Shown one piece after another: positions 39,261 through 48,739 of a DNA stretch of 64,000 nt. This DNA comes from an uncultured Chloroflexia bacterium. Its GTDB lineage: Bacteria; Chloroflexota; Limnocylindria; Limnocylindrales; CSP1-4. Under the pieces are notes generated by a model. The model was not told where the DNA came from, made no database searches, and saw only the letters and a list, made by a program, of their open reading frames with translations. Every line of letters starts with the position of its first letter. Positions within the stretch are counted from its first letter, which is position 1. The stretch covers positions 192,001 to 256,000 of the forward strand of contig CAWHDR010000001.1 in assembly GCA_963828165.1 (NCBI GenBank), given 5' to 3'. Position numbers and translations under genes: made by a program.

Positions 39261-40694
39261 ATGCCCGAGAGCGCCGCCGGCCCACGACCGCGGGTCGGGG
39301 TCGTCCACCCGTACTGGACGCTCTGGGAGCACACGGCCGGCCCGACGTTCCGGGCGGACCGGATGGACCTCGCGCGCACGGTCGCGGCGGACCTCGCCGG
39401 CACGATCGACCCGGTCGCCGTCGTCGAGATCGCCTCGGCCGAGGATGGGGCGGCCGTCGGGGGGCGGTTCGCGGACCTCGACGTCGAGGTGATGCTCGTG
39501 CTGCAGACGATGGCGGTCCCGGCAGCCTGGACCATGGCCGCGATCGATGCGCTGCCGGGCGTCCCGGTCGTCGTCTGGGCCCTCCACGAGACCGGTCTCG
39601 TCGACGGCGGATTCGACCACGGCTCCATCACGACCCAGGGGGCGACCGTCGGCGCACCGATGCTGTCCAACCTCCTGTCGCGGGCCGATCGACCGTTCGA
39701 CCTGGTGCTGGCCCGTCGCTCGGACGAGGAGGGCCTCGGGCGCGTGCGCGCTGCGCTCCGACTGGCCGGCATCGCCCGCCGCATCGCGCGGAGCCGCCTC
39801 GGGCGGATCGGCCGGCCGGTTGACGGCTACGCCCATGTCGATGTCGACGACGCCGCCCTGCGGGCAGCGACCGGCATCGAGCTCGTGGCCATCGACCCCG
39901 ACGAGGTCGTCGAGCGCTACCGAGCGGTCGCCGACGCCGACGTGAAAGCGCTCGAGGCCGACGTGCGTCGCGACTGGGCGGTCGAGGCCGACGTCGTCGA
40001 TGGCGAGTCCCTCGATCGGTCGCTGCGTGCGGCGCTCGCGCTCGAGGCCGTTGTCGACGCCCACGCGCTGGACGGCGGAGCCTTCAATTGCCACGTAGCG
40101 CAGTTCCGGTTCGGCGAACCGATCGGGATCGCGCCGTGCTGGGGACTCGGCCGGCTGACGTCCGGCGGCCGGCCGTTCACCTGCACCGGCGACATCGTCA
40201 CGGCCGTCGCGATGTTGACGACGAAGCGGCTCGGCGGGGCGGCCGTCTATCACGAGATCGAGGCGATCGACTACGCCACGGGCGAGGTCGTCATCGCGAA
40301 CTCCGGCGAGCACGATCTGGCCTGGCTGGCGGACGGTGAGCGACCCAGGCTCCAGCGCAACGGCTGGTTCTGTGGCAAGGATCCGCACTGCGGGGTGTGC
40401 GCCGCGTTCGAACCCGATCCGGGGCCGGCAACGCTGGTCGGGTTCACGCCGCATCCACGCTCGCGCGGCGGCTTCCGCTACGTCGTGGCGCGCGGCGAGC
40501 TGACCGCGCGGCGGTTCCCGGAGACGGGCACCGTCAACGGCGCATTCCGGTTCGCGGACGGACCGGTCGAAACCGCGTGGGGTCGCTGGGCGAGCGCCGG
40601 CGTGAACCACCACAGCTCCGCGTCGCCCGGCGACCTGGCCGCGGATGTCGTCGCGGTCGCCGGCCATCTGGGTATCGACGCGGTGGTCGTGTGA
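39261..40694 (+). CDS. L-fucose/L-arabinose isomerase-like protein (divergent)
   Basis: PVVVWA, G..M..N.L.R, RLGRIG, PC..LGRL, CTGD..TA.AM, PGPATL and GVNHH follow the FucI/AraA-family layout. Confidence 0.7.
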   Translation: MPESAAGPRPRVGVVHPYWTLWEHTAGPTFRADRMDLARTVAADLAGTIDPVAVVEIASAEDGAAVGGRFADLDVEVMLVLQTMAVPAAWTMAAIDALPGVPVVVWALHETGLVDGGFDHGSITTQGATVGAPMLSNLLSRADRPFDLVLARRSDEEGLGRVRAALRLAGIARRIARSRLGRIGRPVDGYAHVDVDDAALRAATGIELVAIDPDEVVERYRAVADADVKALEADVRRDWAVEADVVDGESLDRSLRAALALEAVVDAHALDGGAFNCHVAQFRFGEPIGIAPCWGLGRLTSGGRPFTCTGDIVTAVAMLTTKRLGGAAVYHEIEAIDYATGEVVIANSGEHDLAWLADGERPRLQRNGWFCGKDPHCGVCAAFEPDPGPATLVGFTPHPRSRGGFRYVVARGELTARRFPETGTVNGAFRFADGPVETAWGRWASAGVNHHSSASPGDLAADVVAVAGHLGIDAVVV

Positions 40695-42004
40695 CGACCC
40701 TCGCGCCCCGGCCGCTCGCGCCGATCTCCCTGCGCGACCTCCGGGACGTCGATCCGTATCCAGCGTACGAGGCGATGCGGGCCGTCGGCCCGGTGGTGTG
40801 GGACGACCCGATGGGAACGTGGCTCGTGCTATCGCACGACGGGTGCACCTTCGTCGAACGTCGCGAGGATTTGTTCGAGGAGCCCACGGGCACCCTGCCG
40901 GGCGCCGCCGAGATCGTCGGTCGGCGGGACTTCCGCTCGCTCGTCGGGACGGAGCACGAGGTCCTCCACCGGTCCCTCTCGCACGCGTGGCGGCCCGACC
41001 CGATCGCTCCCCTGGCCGTGGCCGCCGTGCGACCGCTCGTCGCGGACCGGCTCGCCGGGCTCGCACCGCGCGGTTCCCTCGAGCTGTTCGCGGACTTCGC
41101 CCGCCTGCTGCCGATCTCGGTCATCGCCCGCGTGCTTGGCCTGCCGGATGCCGACACCGAGACCCTCGACCGAGCCAAGGGCTGGATGGAGGCGGTCCTC
41201 GCCTGGCGGCATTCGTACGGCGAGGATCCGGGATCGCGAGCGGCAGCCGTGGAAGCGACGCGGATGCTGGAGCCGGCGCTCCTCGATACGGTCCGCGAGC
41301 GGCGAGACGACCCGCGCGACGACGCCATCAGCTTCCTCTGGACGAAGGGCCGCGAGGTGGCGGACGACTGGGGCGAGCAGGATGTGCTCGACAACGCCAA
41401 GTTCCTGTTCGAGGGCGGCTCGGAGACGACGGCATTCCTCGTCTGCAACGCGGTGCACCTGCTGCTCGGACTGCCGGCCGACACGCGGGCGTCGACGCTG
41501 GCAGATCCCGATGCGCTCTCGCGCTTCATCGAGGAGGTCCTGCGGCACACGACGATCGTCCACCTCCGGGCTCGCCGCGCGACGGCGGACGTGGAGCTGG
41601 GTGGGGTGACGATCCGGGCTGGCGAGCGCGTCATCGCGATCAACGCGGCGGCCAACCGGGATCCCGACCGCTGGGAGCGTCCGGACGTCTTCGACCCGGG
41701 GAGGCCGCGGCTGTTCGGGCATCTCGCGTTCAACGTGGGGCCGCGCCATTGCGTCGGGGCGCACCTCGCGCGGATGGAAGGGACCGAGGCGATCCTCGGG
41801 CTGTGGCGGGCGTTCCCCGACCTGGCCGGCGCGGGCGCTGGTGCGCCGCCCGCGGCGCCGATCGGGTTCGTGTCGCGGGCCTGGCGCCCGATCCATCTTG
41901 TCCACGCGCCCGTGTCCCCGGACGCGGTTCGGGAGCGGGTCCTCCTCAGTCCCGAGCGCGCTCCCAGGTCAGCCGCTGGCTACGGGTCGCCCCACCCAGG
42001 CTGA
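40691..42004 (+). CDS. Cytochrome P450
   Basis: I-helix EGGSETT, K-helix EEVLR, AANRDP, heme motif HLAFNVGPRHCVGAHLAR. GTG start overlaps the upstream TGA. Confidence 0.93.
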   Translation: MTTLAPRPLAPISLRDLRDVDPYPAYEAMRAVGPVVWDDPMGTWLVLSHDGCTFVERREDLFEEPTGTLPGAAEIVGRRDFRSLVGTEHEVLHRSLSHAWRPDPIAPLAVAAVRPLVADRLAGLAPRGSLELFADFARLLPISVIARVLGLPDADTETLDRAKGWMEAVLAWRHSYGEDPGSRAAAVEATRMLEPALLDTVRERRDDPRDDAISFLWTKGREVADDWGEQDVLDNAKFLFEGGSETTAFLVCNAVHLLLGLPADTRASTLADPDALSRFIEEVLRHTTIVHLRARRATADVELGGVTIRAGERVIAINAAANRDPDRWERPDVFDPGRPRLFGHLAFNVGPRHCVGAHLARMEGTEAILGLWRAFPDLAGAGAGAPPAAPIGFVSRAWRPIHLVHAPVSPDAVRERVLLSPERAPRSAAGYGSPHPG

Positions 42005-42389
42005 TCGGCGGGGAGCTGAGGGTGAGCTGCCGGCCCGTCTCGTCCAACTCCCAGCGGCGCCGCTGGACGGTCCCGACCCAGTTCGGGAACAGGCTCGTCT
42101 CGACCCGGTGCTCGACCGTGTCGCCGTCGACCTCGTAGGTGCCGCCGTACGCGAGGTACGTCGAGAACGCGCGGGCGCGCTCGTCATCGGTCCCGCCGGT
42201 CACGTCGTCCGAGTCGAATGGCGGGCGGTCGCCCCGGCCGAATCCGGCGAGCATCGAGCCGTCGGCGGCATAGACGAGGAGACCGTCCGGGGCGTCACCC
42301 ATGGGCAGGGATTCAGTGCCGTCGTCGGCCATTGCCGCCCAGCGCCGCAGGCGCCACGAGCCGACGAGCGGATGATCGGGGGCCGTCAC
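41946..42389 (-). CDS. Lipocalin-like domain protein
   Basis: LVGSWRL..W, PMG..P.GLLVY..DG.M, YLAYGGTY, FPNWVG..QRR, LTWER. Confidence 0.8.
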   Translation of the reverse strand: MTAPDHPLVGSWRLRRWAAMADDGTESLPMGDAPDGLLVYAADGSMLAGFGRGDRPPFDSDDVTGGTDDERARAFSTYLAYGGTYEVDGDTVEHRVETSLFPNWVGTVQRRRWELDETGRQLTLSSPPISLGGATRSQRLTWERARD

Positions 42390-43441
42390 GCAGGGGCCGT
42401 GGCGGCGGCCGGGGTCGACTCACCGGGCACGGGCGCGTCCTCACGGAGCAGGCCCTCGTGCTTGAGCTCGGCCCATAGCTCGGCGGGGATCGAGGTTTGG
42501 AACGCCTCCACGTTCCGTGCCTGCTGGGCCGGGCTGGACGCACCGGGGATCACGGACGCGACGGCGGGATGCCCAAGCGGGAATTGCAGCGCCGCCGCGG
42601 CCAGCGGGACGCCGTGACGGTCGCAGACCGCGGCGATCCGGCGTGTCCTCTCCATGACCGCAGGCGAGGCGTCGGCGTAGGCGTACCTGGCTCCCGGAAC
42701 CGGACCCTTGGCCAGGATCCCGGACGCGAACACCGCGCCGACCACGTACCCCACGCCGCGCTCCACGCCTGCCGGGAATTCGGCATCGAGCACGTCCTGG
42801 TCCAGCAGCGTGTACGGCATCGCCACGAGGAACGCGTCGATGTCCCCGATGTCCAGGAACCGCGGCATGAGCCCGAGGTCGTTGATCCCGGCACCGATCG
42901 CGCCGATCTGGCCGCTGGACCGCAGCTCCTCGAGCGCCCGCCAGCCGGACCCGGCGAGGTCGCGGAAATGGGCGTCGATGGTCGGTGCATCGAAGTACAG
43001 GTGGTCGAGGTCATGGATGAACGCGACGTCGAACCGGGTGATGCCCAGCCGCAGCCGGCTGCCCTCGACCGAGCGCATGATCCCGTCGTACGTGTAGTCG
43101 AAGACGACCTCGTTCGGCGAACCACCCAGCCACGGTGCGCCATCGAAGCCTTCGCGATCGGCCGGTCGCAGATATCGTCCGACCTTCGTCGAGAGGGCGA
43201 ACTCGCCGCGTGGATGGTCGCGCAACGCGGTCCCGGTGCGCAGCTCGGACAGGCCACGGCCGTACCAGGGCGCGGTGTCGAAGTAGCGCACGCCGGCATC
43301 CCAGGCGGCCTTGAGGGCCGCGCCGGCGTCGGCCTCGGTGACGCGCACGAACAGCTCCCCGATCGACGCACCACCGAATCCGAGCTCGGTGACCTCCACG
43401 GCCGTCCGGCCAAGGCGTCGGCGCGCCGTCACTTCCGCCAT
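42386..43441 (-). CDS. Aldo/keto reductase (D-threo-aldose/L-fucose 1-dehydrogenase-like)
   Basis: LGFGGA, RYFDTAPWYG.GLSE, STKVGR, FDYTYDG..RS.E.S, IHD. Confidence 0.87.
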   Translation of the reverse strand: MAEVTARRRLGRTAVEVTELGFGGASIGELFVRVTEADAGAALKAAWDAGVRYFDTAPWYGRGLSELRTGTALRDHPRGEFALSTKVGRYLRPADREGFDGAPWLGGSPNEVVFDYTYDGIMRSVEGSRLRLGITRFDVAFIHDLDHLYFDAPTIDAHFRDLAGSGWRALEELRSSGQIGAIGAGINDLGLMPRFLDIGDIDAFLVAMPYTLLDQDVLDAEFPAGVERGVGYVVGAVFASGILAKGPVPGARYAYADASPAVMERTRRIAAVCDRHGVPLAAAALQFPLGHPAVASVIPGASSPAQQARNVEAFQTSIPAELWAELKHEGLLREDAPVPGESTPAAATAPA

Positions 43442-44256
43442 GGCTGCGTCTCCCCTGCCTCGCCCCAGGAAGGGATCGGCGCCTGGAGCGGGTCCTCGAC
43501 CCAGCAGAAACGCCCATTGACGTCGGCACCCTCGTCGCTCGTGAGACGGAGCACGAGATCGACCGCCTTGTGCGGCGGATCGCCGCCGGTCTCCTCGACC
43601 CAGGCCGCCCATTGGCGGTACGGCTCGGCTTCGGGACCCATCACGGCGACCCGGTCGTGGATGTCCTGCCACATGTCGGTCTTGACGTCGCCCGGATGGA
43701 GGACGTTGGCTGTCACGCCGGTGCCTTCGATCTCGGCCGCGAGGTGCCGCGTGAGCTGGTTCAGCGCCACCTTGGACGTGCCGTAGGCGCTGTTGAGTGG
43801 CCCCGGCGGATGGAGCGAAGCGGCTGAGGTGATATTGACGATGCGCCCCCAGCCCGCGTCGATCATCCCGCCCACGAACGCCCGACTCGTGAGATACGGC
43901 GCGATCGCGTCGATCATCACGGTCTGGACCCAGGCGTCCGGGTCGGTGTCGCGGATCATGGCGATCGGCCCGAACACCCCGGCAGCGTTGACCAGGATCG
44001 CCGGAGCGCCTACCTCGTCGTGCACGAATGCCGCCAGGTCCGCCACGGCATTCGCGTCGCTGACGTCGGTCGGGCGGGTGATCATCCGGCCGCCTTTCGC
44101 CGCGATGAGGTCCGCGGTCTCGGCCAGCTGCGCTTCGTTCCGGGCGACACCCACGACCGGGTGGCCGCGCGACGCCAACGCGACCGCGACGCCGCGACCC
44201 AGCCCTCGCCCGGCGCCCGTGACGACCGCGACGCGGTCACGCGCTGCGTCATCCAT
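43429..44256 (-). CDS. SDR family oxidoreductase
   Basis: TGAGRGLG, NAAG, YGTSK. Start re-assigned to ATG 44256. Confidence 0.9.
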   Translation of the reverse strand: MDDAARDRVAVVTGAGRGLGRGVAVALASRGHPVVGVARNEAQLAETADLIAAKGGRMITRPTDVSDANAVADLAAFVHDEVGAPAILVNAAGVFGPIAMIRDTDPDAWVQTVMIDAIAPYLTSRAFVGGMIDAGWGRIVNITSAASLHPPGPLNSAYGTSKVALNQLTRHLAAEIEGTGVTANVLHPGDVKTDMWQDIHDRVAVMGPEAEPYRQWAAWVEETGGDPPHKAVDLVLRLTSDEGADVNGRFCWVEDPLQAPIPSWGEAGETQPWRK

Positions 44257-44279
44257 GTCGGCCTCCTGTCCCGCCTCGG

Positions 44280-44600
44280 TCAGCTCGCGTTGGTCCGCAG
44301 GTTGAACACTTCGCGGAGCTCGCTCGAATCGACGATGCCCTCCTCGTTGAACTCCATGAGCGGGTCCATGATCTCGCCCCACTTGTCGTGGATCTCGGTG
44401 TGCCACAGGCGATCCCAGGCTTCTTCGTCCCGGATCTCCGAGTACAGGAACAGGACCGGATCCGCTTCGAAGATCGTGATCTGGGCGATGCCCTGGCGTT
44501 CGATCTCGTCGACCAGCTCCTGCCAGATCCTGTCGTGGTGGGACCGGTATTCGGCCAGGCCGCCAGGCTTGAGGCGCATCGTGAAGGCGCGACGGATCAT
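44280..44600 (-). CDS. L-rhamnose mutarotase family protein
   Basis: MIRRAFTMRLKPG..EY..HD.IW.EL, W...M.PLM, LREVF. 106 aa. Confidence 0.85.
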   Translation of the reverse strand: MIRRAFTMRLKPGGLAEYRSHHDRIWQELVDEIERQGIAQITIFEADPVLFLYSEIRDEEAWDRLWHTEIHDKWGEIMDPLMEFNEEGIVDSSELREVFNLRTNAS

Positions 44601-46180
44601 GGGGCGATCTCCTCGGTGGTGGTCCGGCCGGGCGGTGCTGCGTCGGGTGATCGGCCGGTGTTGATGGCGTGGAGCAGGCCGTGGTCGTCGATCTCGCCAC
44701 CGTTCGCCTCGGCGGCCAGCCGGCCGCGGTACAGGACGAGGATGCGATCGGCCAGCCCCACGACCTCGGGTAGTTCGGTAGAGCGGAAGAGGACCGTTCG
44801 GCCGCTGTCTGCGAGGTCGCGGATGAGGCGGTAGATCTCGCGCTTGGCACCGACATCGACGCCGCGGGTGGGGTCGTCGAGCAGGAAGACCGTCGGCGAG
44901 ATCTCGAGCCACTTCCCCACGACCACCTTTTGCTGGTTGCCCCCTGACAGCCGTCCGACGATCGCCCCCGGGCCGTCCGCCTGGATCCGCAGGGCGTCCA
45001 TCTGGCGTCGAGCGGCGGCGCGCATGGCCCGACGATCCAGCCACGGGCGGCGCGACGACAACGTCCCCACGGCGACGTGGGCGATGTTCATCTCCACGCT
45101 TGACTCGAGCATGAGGCCCTGGATGCGCCGATCGGCCGGGACGAGGCTGATCCCCCGGCGGGCGGCCGCGGTCGGCGACGCCGGGGCACCACGGCCGTCA
45201 GCGAACCTGATCTCGCCCGCGGTGGCGCGGCGCGTCCCGAACAGGACGCCGAGCAGGGTGGCCACGCCGGATCCTTCGAGGCCGGCGAGTCCGATGATCT
45301 CGCCCGGTCGGGCCTCGAACGAGACATCGCGCAGCTCTGCCTCGACGGTGAGACCCTGGACGGTGAGGCTAGGCGCCGGGGCGGCGGCGTCCGGCGCAAC
45401 CACTCGCGACCCACGTGTCGGGAACAGTTCGGCCGGCGACGTGCCGACCATCGCCTCGACGATCCGGGAAATGGTCACCGAAGCTCGGTCAACGGTCGTC
45501 ACGATGGCCCCGTTGCGCATCACGGTGATCCGGTCGGCGATCTGGAACACCTCCTCGAGACGGTGCGATACGTAGATGATCGTGATGCCATCCGCGGACA
45601 ACTCACGCAGCACCGCGAACAGCCGGCTGGTCTCGCGCTCGTTGAGCGCGGAGTTGGGTTCGTCGAGGATGAGGACCCCCGGACGTTCGATCAGCACCCG
45701 GCACAGTTCGACCAGCTGACGTTCGGCGATGCCAAGGTCGCCGACGCTGGTATCCGGGTCGGCGGCAAGTCCCAGCCGCGAAAGCGCCGGTGCCGCACGA
45801 CGGCGCATCTCGGCACGGTCCACGAGACCGAACCTGGTCGGTTGCCGGTCGGGGAACAGGTTGGCCAGGATCGACCGCTCCGGAAAGAGGCTCAGCTCCT
45901 GGTAGACGATGCCGATCCCGAGCCCGCGTGCGTCCGCCGGTGAACCCAGCTGGACCGGATCGCCGGCGACGCGGACCTCGCCGTGGTCCGGGTGGACCGC
46001 GCCGGCGAGGATCTTCATCAGGGTGGATTTCCCGGCACCGTTCTCGCCGACGACGGCGTGCACGGTGCCGGGCTCGATGGCGAGATCCACGCCCGCGAGG
46101 GCCTGGATCCCGCCGTACGCCTTGCGCAGATCGGCGACGGCGATCGCGGGTGTCGACGCCGCCGTCGATCCACTGGTCAT
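44597..46180 (-). CDS. Sugar ABC transporter ATP-binding protein (RbsA-like)
   Basis: [32 protein letters not shown]. Confidence 0.93.
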   Translation of the reverse strand: MTSGSTAASTPAIAVADLRKAYGGIQALAGVDLAIEPGTVHAVVGENGAGKSTLMKILAGAVHPDHGEVRVAGDPVQLGSPADARGLGIGIVYQELSLFPERSILANLFPDRQPTRFGLVDRAEMRRRAAPALSRLGLAADPDTSVGDLGIAERQLVELCRVLIERPGVLILDEPNSALNERETSRLFAVLRELSADGITIIYVSHRLEEVFQIADRITVMRNGAIVTTVDRASVTISRIVEAMVGTSPAELFPTRGSRVVAPDAAAPAPSLTVQGLTVEAELRDVSFEARPGEIIGLAGLEGSGVATLLGVLFGTRRATAGEIRFADGRGAPASPTAAARRGISLVPADRRIQGLMLESSVEMNIAHVAVGTLSSRRPWLDRRAMRAAARRQMDALRIQADGPGAIVGRLSGGNQQKVVVGKWLEISPTVFLLDDPTRGVDVGAKREIYRLIRDLADSGRTVLFRSTELPEVVGLADRILVLYRGRLAAEANGGEIDDHGLLHAINTGRSPDAAPPGRTTTEEIAP

Positions 46181-46189
46181 GGCCCGGGC

Positions 46190-47362
46190 CTACTGCGACT
46201 CGTTGGCGATGGGCTCGACGTTATTCGCCCAGTCGGCGATCTGGCCGTCGACGAGCGGCTGGTAGTACTCGCGGGCCTTCTCCGGTGATGCCGCGATCTC
46301 CTCCAGCTCCGCGAACGTGAGCGGAGGCAGGTCGAAGGGCTCCTCCACGCTGTCCGCGGTCACGATCTCCGTGCCCGCATCCAGGAAGCCACCTGCCTTG
46401 AGGTCGACGGTGGTGGTCCCGCGGATGGTGTCGGCCAGCATCTTGATCGGCAGGTAGCCCTGCATGAATGGGGTCTGGCCCAGGCTCACGTAGGCGTTGC
46501 CGGCCTTGATCTCGGCCAGGTTTTCGGCGGTCAGGTCGTAGCCACCGGACACGAACGGGGTGCTCGCATTGGCGGCCTGCAGCTTGCCCAGGCTGGCGAT
46601 GTCCGGGGCGCACAGGCCGACGAGGGCCTTGGCGTCCTGGTTGGCGGTGAGGAGCGCCTCCCAGGCGGCATAGTTCTCGGTCGCGGTGACCTTGACGTCG
46701 AACGGCCCGAGGACCTCGATGCCCGCCGCGGCGGCCAGCGACTCCTGGACACCCTTGGCGCGATTCTCCAGCACGGGGAAGCCCGGGAAGCAGTTGCCGA
46801 CGATGACCTTGCCGGTCGTGCTCGCGCCACCGAGCTTCTCGAGGACCTTCTGGCCGAGGATGCGTCCGCTCTCGACGGACCGTTCGCCCACGTAGGGCGC
46901 GTTGACGGAGGTCACGAGCAGGTTGAACTGGACGATGGGCGTGCCCGCCGCGACGATCTCGTTGAGCCGGCTGGCCATCGACTCGCCCGGGACGGAGGTG
47001 GCGATTCCCTCCACGCCGGAGGCGACCAGGGACTCCACGAGACCGAGCTGGGTCTCCGCGCTGCCGTCCTCCGGTCCGGTTACCTGAAGCTCGACGTTGA
47101 GGTCTTCTGCGGCGGCCTCCGCGCCATCGACGATCTGCTGGATGAACGGGTTGCCCAGCACGTGGGTCACGAACCCCAACTTGATCGACTCCGGGACCGG
47201 GGTAGCGGACGGGGCCACCGATGCTGGCGCCTCGCTGGCCGGTGCCTCACTCGGTGGCGCCGCAGATGGGGCCGTGGTCGCCCCACCGCCCGTGTTGCAG
47301 GCTGCGAACAGCAGCGTGAAGGCCGCGATCAGTGCGAGCCAACGCAAATTCGTCCTTGTCAT
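46190..47362 (-). CDS. Sugar ABC transporter substrate-binding lipoprotein
   Basis: LFAAC lipobox, PAS linker, FVTH..GNPF, GYDL, GQTPFMQGY. Confidence 0.88.
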   Translation of the reverse strand: MTRTNLRWLALIAAFTLLFAACNTGGGATTAPSAAPPSEAPASEAPASVAPSATPVPESIKLGFVTHVLGNPFIQQIVDGAEAAAEDLNVELQVTGPEDGSAETQLGLVESLVASGVEGIATSVPGESMASRLNEIVAAGTPIVQFNLLVTSVNAPYVGERSVESGRILGQKVLEKLGGASTTGKVIVGNCFPGFPVLENRAKGVQESLAAAAGIEVLGPFDVKVTATENYAAWEALLTANQDAKALVGLCAPDIASLGKLQAANASTPFVSGGYDLTAENLAEIKAGNAYVSLGQTPFMQGYLPIKMLADTIRGTTTVDLKAGGFLDAGTEIVTADSVEEPFDLPPLTFAELEEIAASPEKAREYYQPLVDGQIADWANNVEPIANESQ

Positions 47363-47469
47363 CCGTTCCTCCTACTCAGATTGCCGCTCGGTCGGCCGTA
47401 TCGCTCCATGGACCGTGCTCGGTGAATCGCTCGGATCAGATGCCTCCTCTCATGCGCACGCCCCCTTCC

Positions 47470-48510
47470 TCATGAGAGGTCGACGACGTCGCGCGCCCGT
47501 CGCGCTCGCTGACGACGGACCAGCTGGTCTACCGCGACCGCGATGATGATCACGGCGCCCGTGACGAACGTGCTCCATTTGACGTCGACACCGAGGAACA
47601 GGATCCCGGTGGTGATGACCTGGATGATCAGCGCGCCGATGACGGCGCCCACGATGGTCCCGCGACCGCCCGATAGGGGCGTGCCGCCGATGATCACCGC
47701 GGCGACGACCGGCAGCAGGTAGTCACCGCCGGTGACGGGATCGATGGCTTCACGAAATCCCAGGAACATGGCGCCGGTCAGGCCGCAGACGGCGCCCATG
47801 AGCACCAGGACGAGGATCCGGGTGCGGTCCACCGGGATGCCGCTGAGCCGGGCCGCGTCGGGGTTGCTCCCCATCGCCTGGACCCGGTACCCGAACCGGG
47901 TCCGGTGAAGCAGCAGGTGCAGGAGCACGGCCAGGACGAGGAACAGCACGGCGACGATCGGGATGAGTCCGAAGACCTTCACGTCGAACAGGGCGAAGAA
48001 GGAGCTGGATTTGTCGGTCGGCACGACTGCGCGCGATTCGTTGACGACCAGGCTCAGGCCGCGGTAGGCGGACAACGTGCCAAGCGTGATGATGATCACG
48101 GGGATGCGAAGCGAAACCGCGAGGACGCCGTTGATCAGGCCGAGTCCAGCGCCGAAGGCGATTCCGATGCCCGCCGCGATCCATGGATCGACGCCTGCGA
48201 CCATCGCCTTGGCCGCGATGACCGCAGAGAAATTGAACATCCATCCGATCGACAGATCGATATCGCGGATGACCACGACGAAGACCATCGCCAGGGCCAG
48301 CATGCCGATGAACGCGGCGCCTGACAGCTGCTGGAACAGCGTCGCCGGCAGGAAGAAGTTCGGGCGCAGGACGCCGACGATGAGCACGAGCGCGACCAGT
48401 GCGACGAGCACGCCCGTCTCGTCCGGCAGGCGGCGAAGGCGACGAGCGCGGGTGGGCGCAGACGGCTCGGGGACGGGCAGCGGGTCGGTCGCGGATGTTC
48501 CTGCAGTCAC
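47470..48510 (-). CDS. Sugar ABC transporter permease (RbsC-like)
   Basis: [36 protein letters not shown] start after RBS GAGGAG. Confidence 0.9.
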   Translation of the reverse strand: MTAGTSATDPLPVPEPSAPTRARRLRRLPDETGVLVALVALVLIVGVLRPNFFLPATLFQQLSGAAFIGMLALAMVFVVVIRDIDLSIGWMFNFSAVIAAKAMVAGVDPWIAAGIGIAFGAGLGLINGVLAVSLRIPVIIITLGTLSAYRGLSLVVNESRAVVPTDKSSSFFALFDVKVFGLIPIVAVLFLVLAVLLHLLLHRTRFGYRVQAMGSNPDAARLSGIPVDRTRILVLVLMGAVCGLTGAMFLGFREAIDPVTGGDYLLPVVAAVIIGGTPLSGGRGTIVGAVIGALIIQVITTGILFLGVDVKWSTFVTGAVIIIAVAVDQLVRRQRARRARDVVDLS

Positions 48511-48593
48511 GTGTCTCCTCACTTCGCGCGTCCCCGCGAAGCCACGGACGGGTCTCAGATCGGCACGGACAACCAAGGATCCAGGCCCGGGAC

Positions 48594-48615
48594 AGAAGAT
48601 ACAGGAAACGTTTCG
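48594..48615. promoter_or_regulatory. LacI-type operator in a divergent intergenic region
   Basis: AGAAGATACAGGAAACGTTTCG, core GGAAACGTTTCG at 48604. Confidence 0.6.
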
Positions 48616-48739
48616 ATGAGATGCATCCGGACTCGACATTCTTGCCCGGGCCATGGACGATAGACGACCGACCGAGCTTCAGACTGGCCTCCCGAACGCG
48701 AACGCGATCGTGTTCCCCACCTTCCCGAAGGAGTGACGC

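Noticed and set aside
40691-42004. P450 as a sign of a secondary-metabolite biosynthetic cluster
   Set aside because: No PKS, NRPS, RiPP precursor, terpene cyclase or glycosyltransferase is present. Importers and LacI control point to catabolism.
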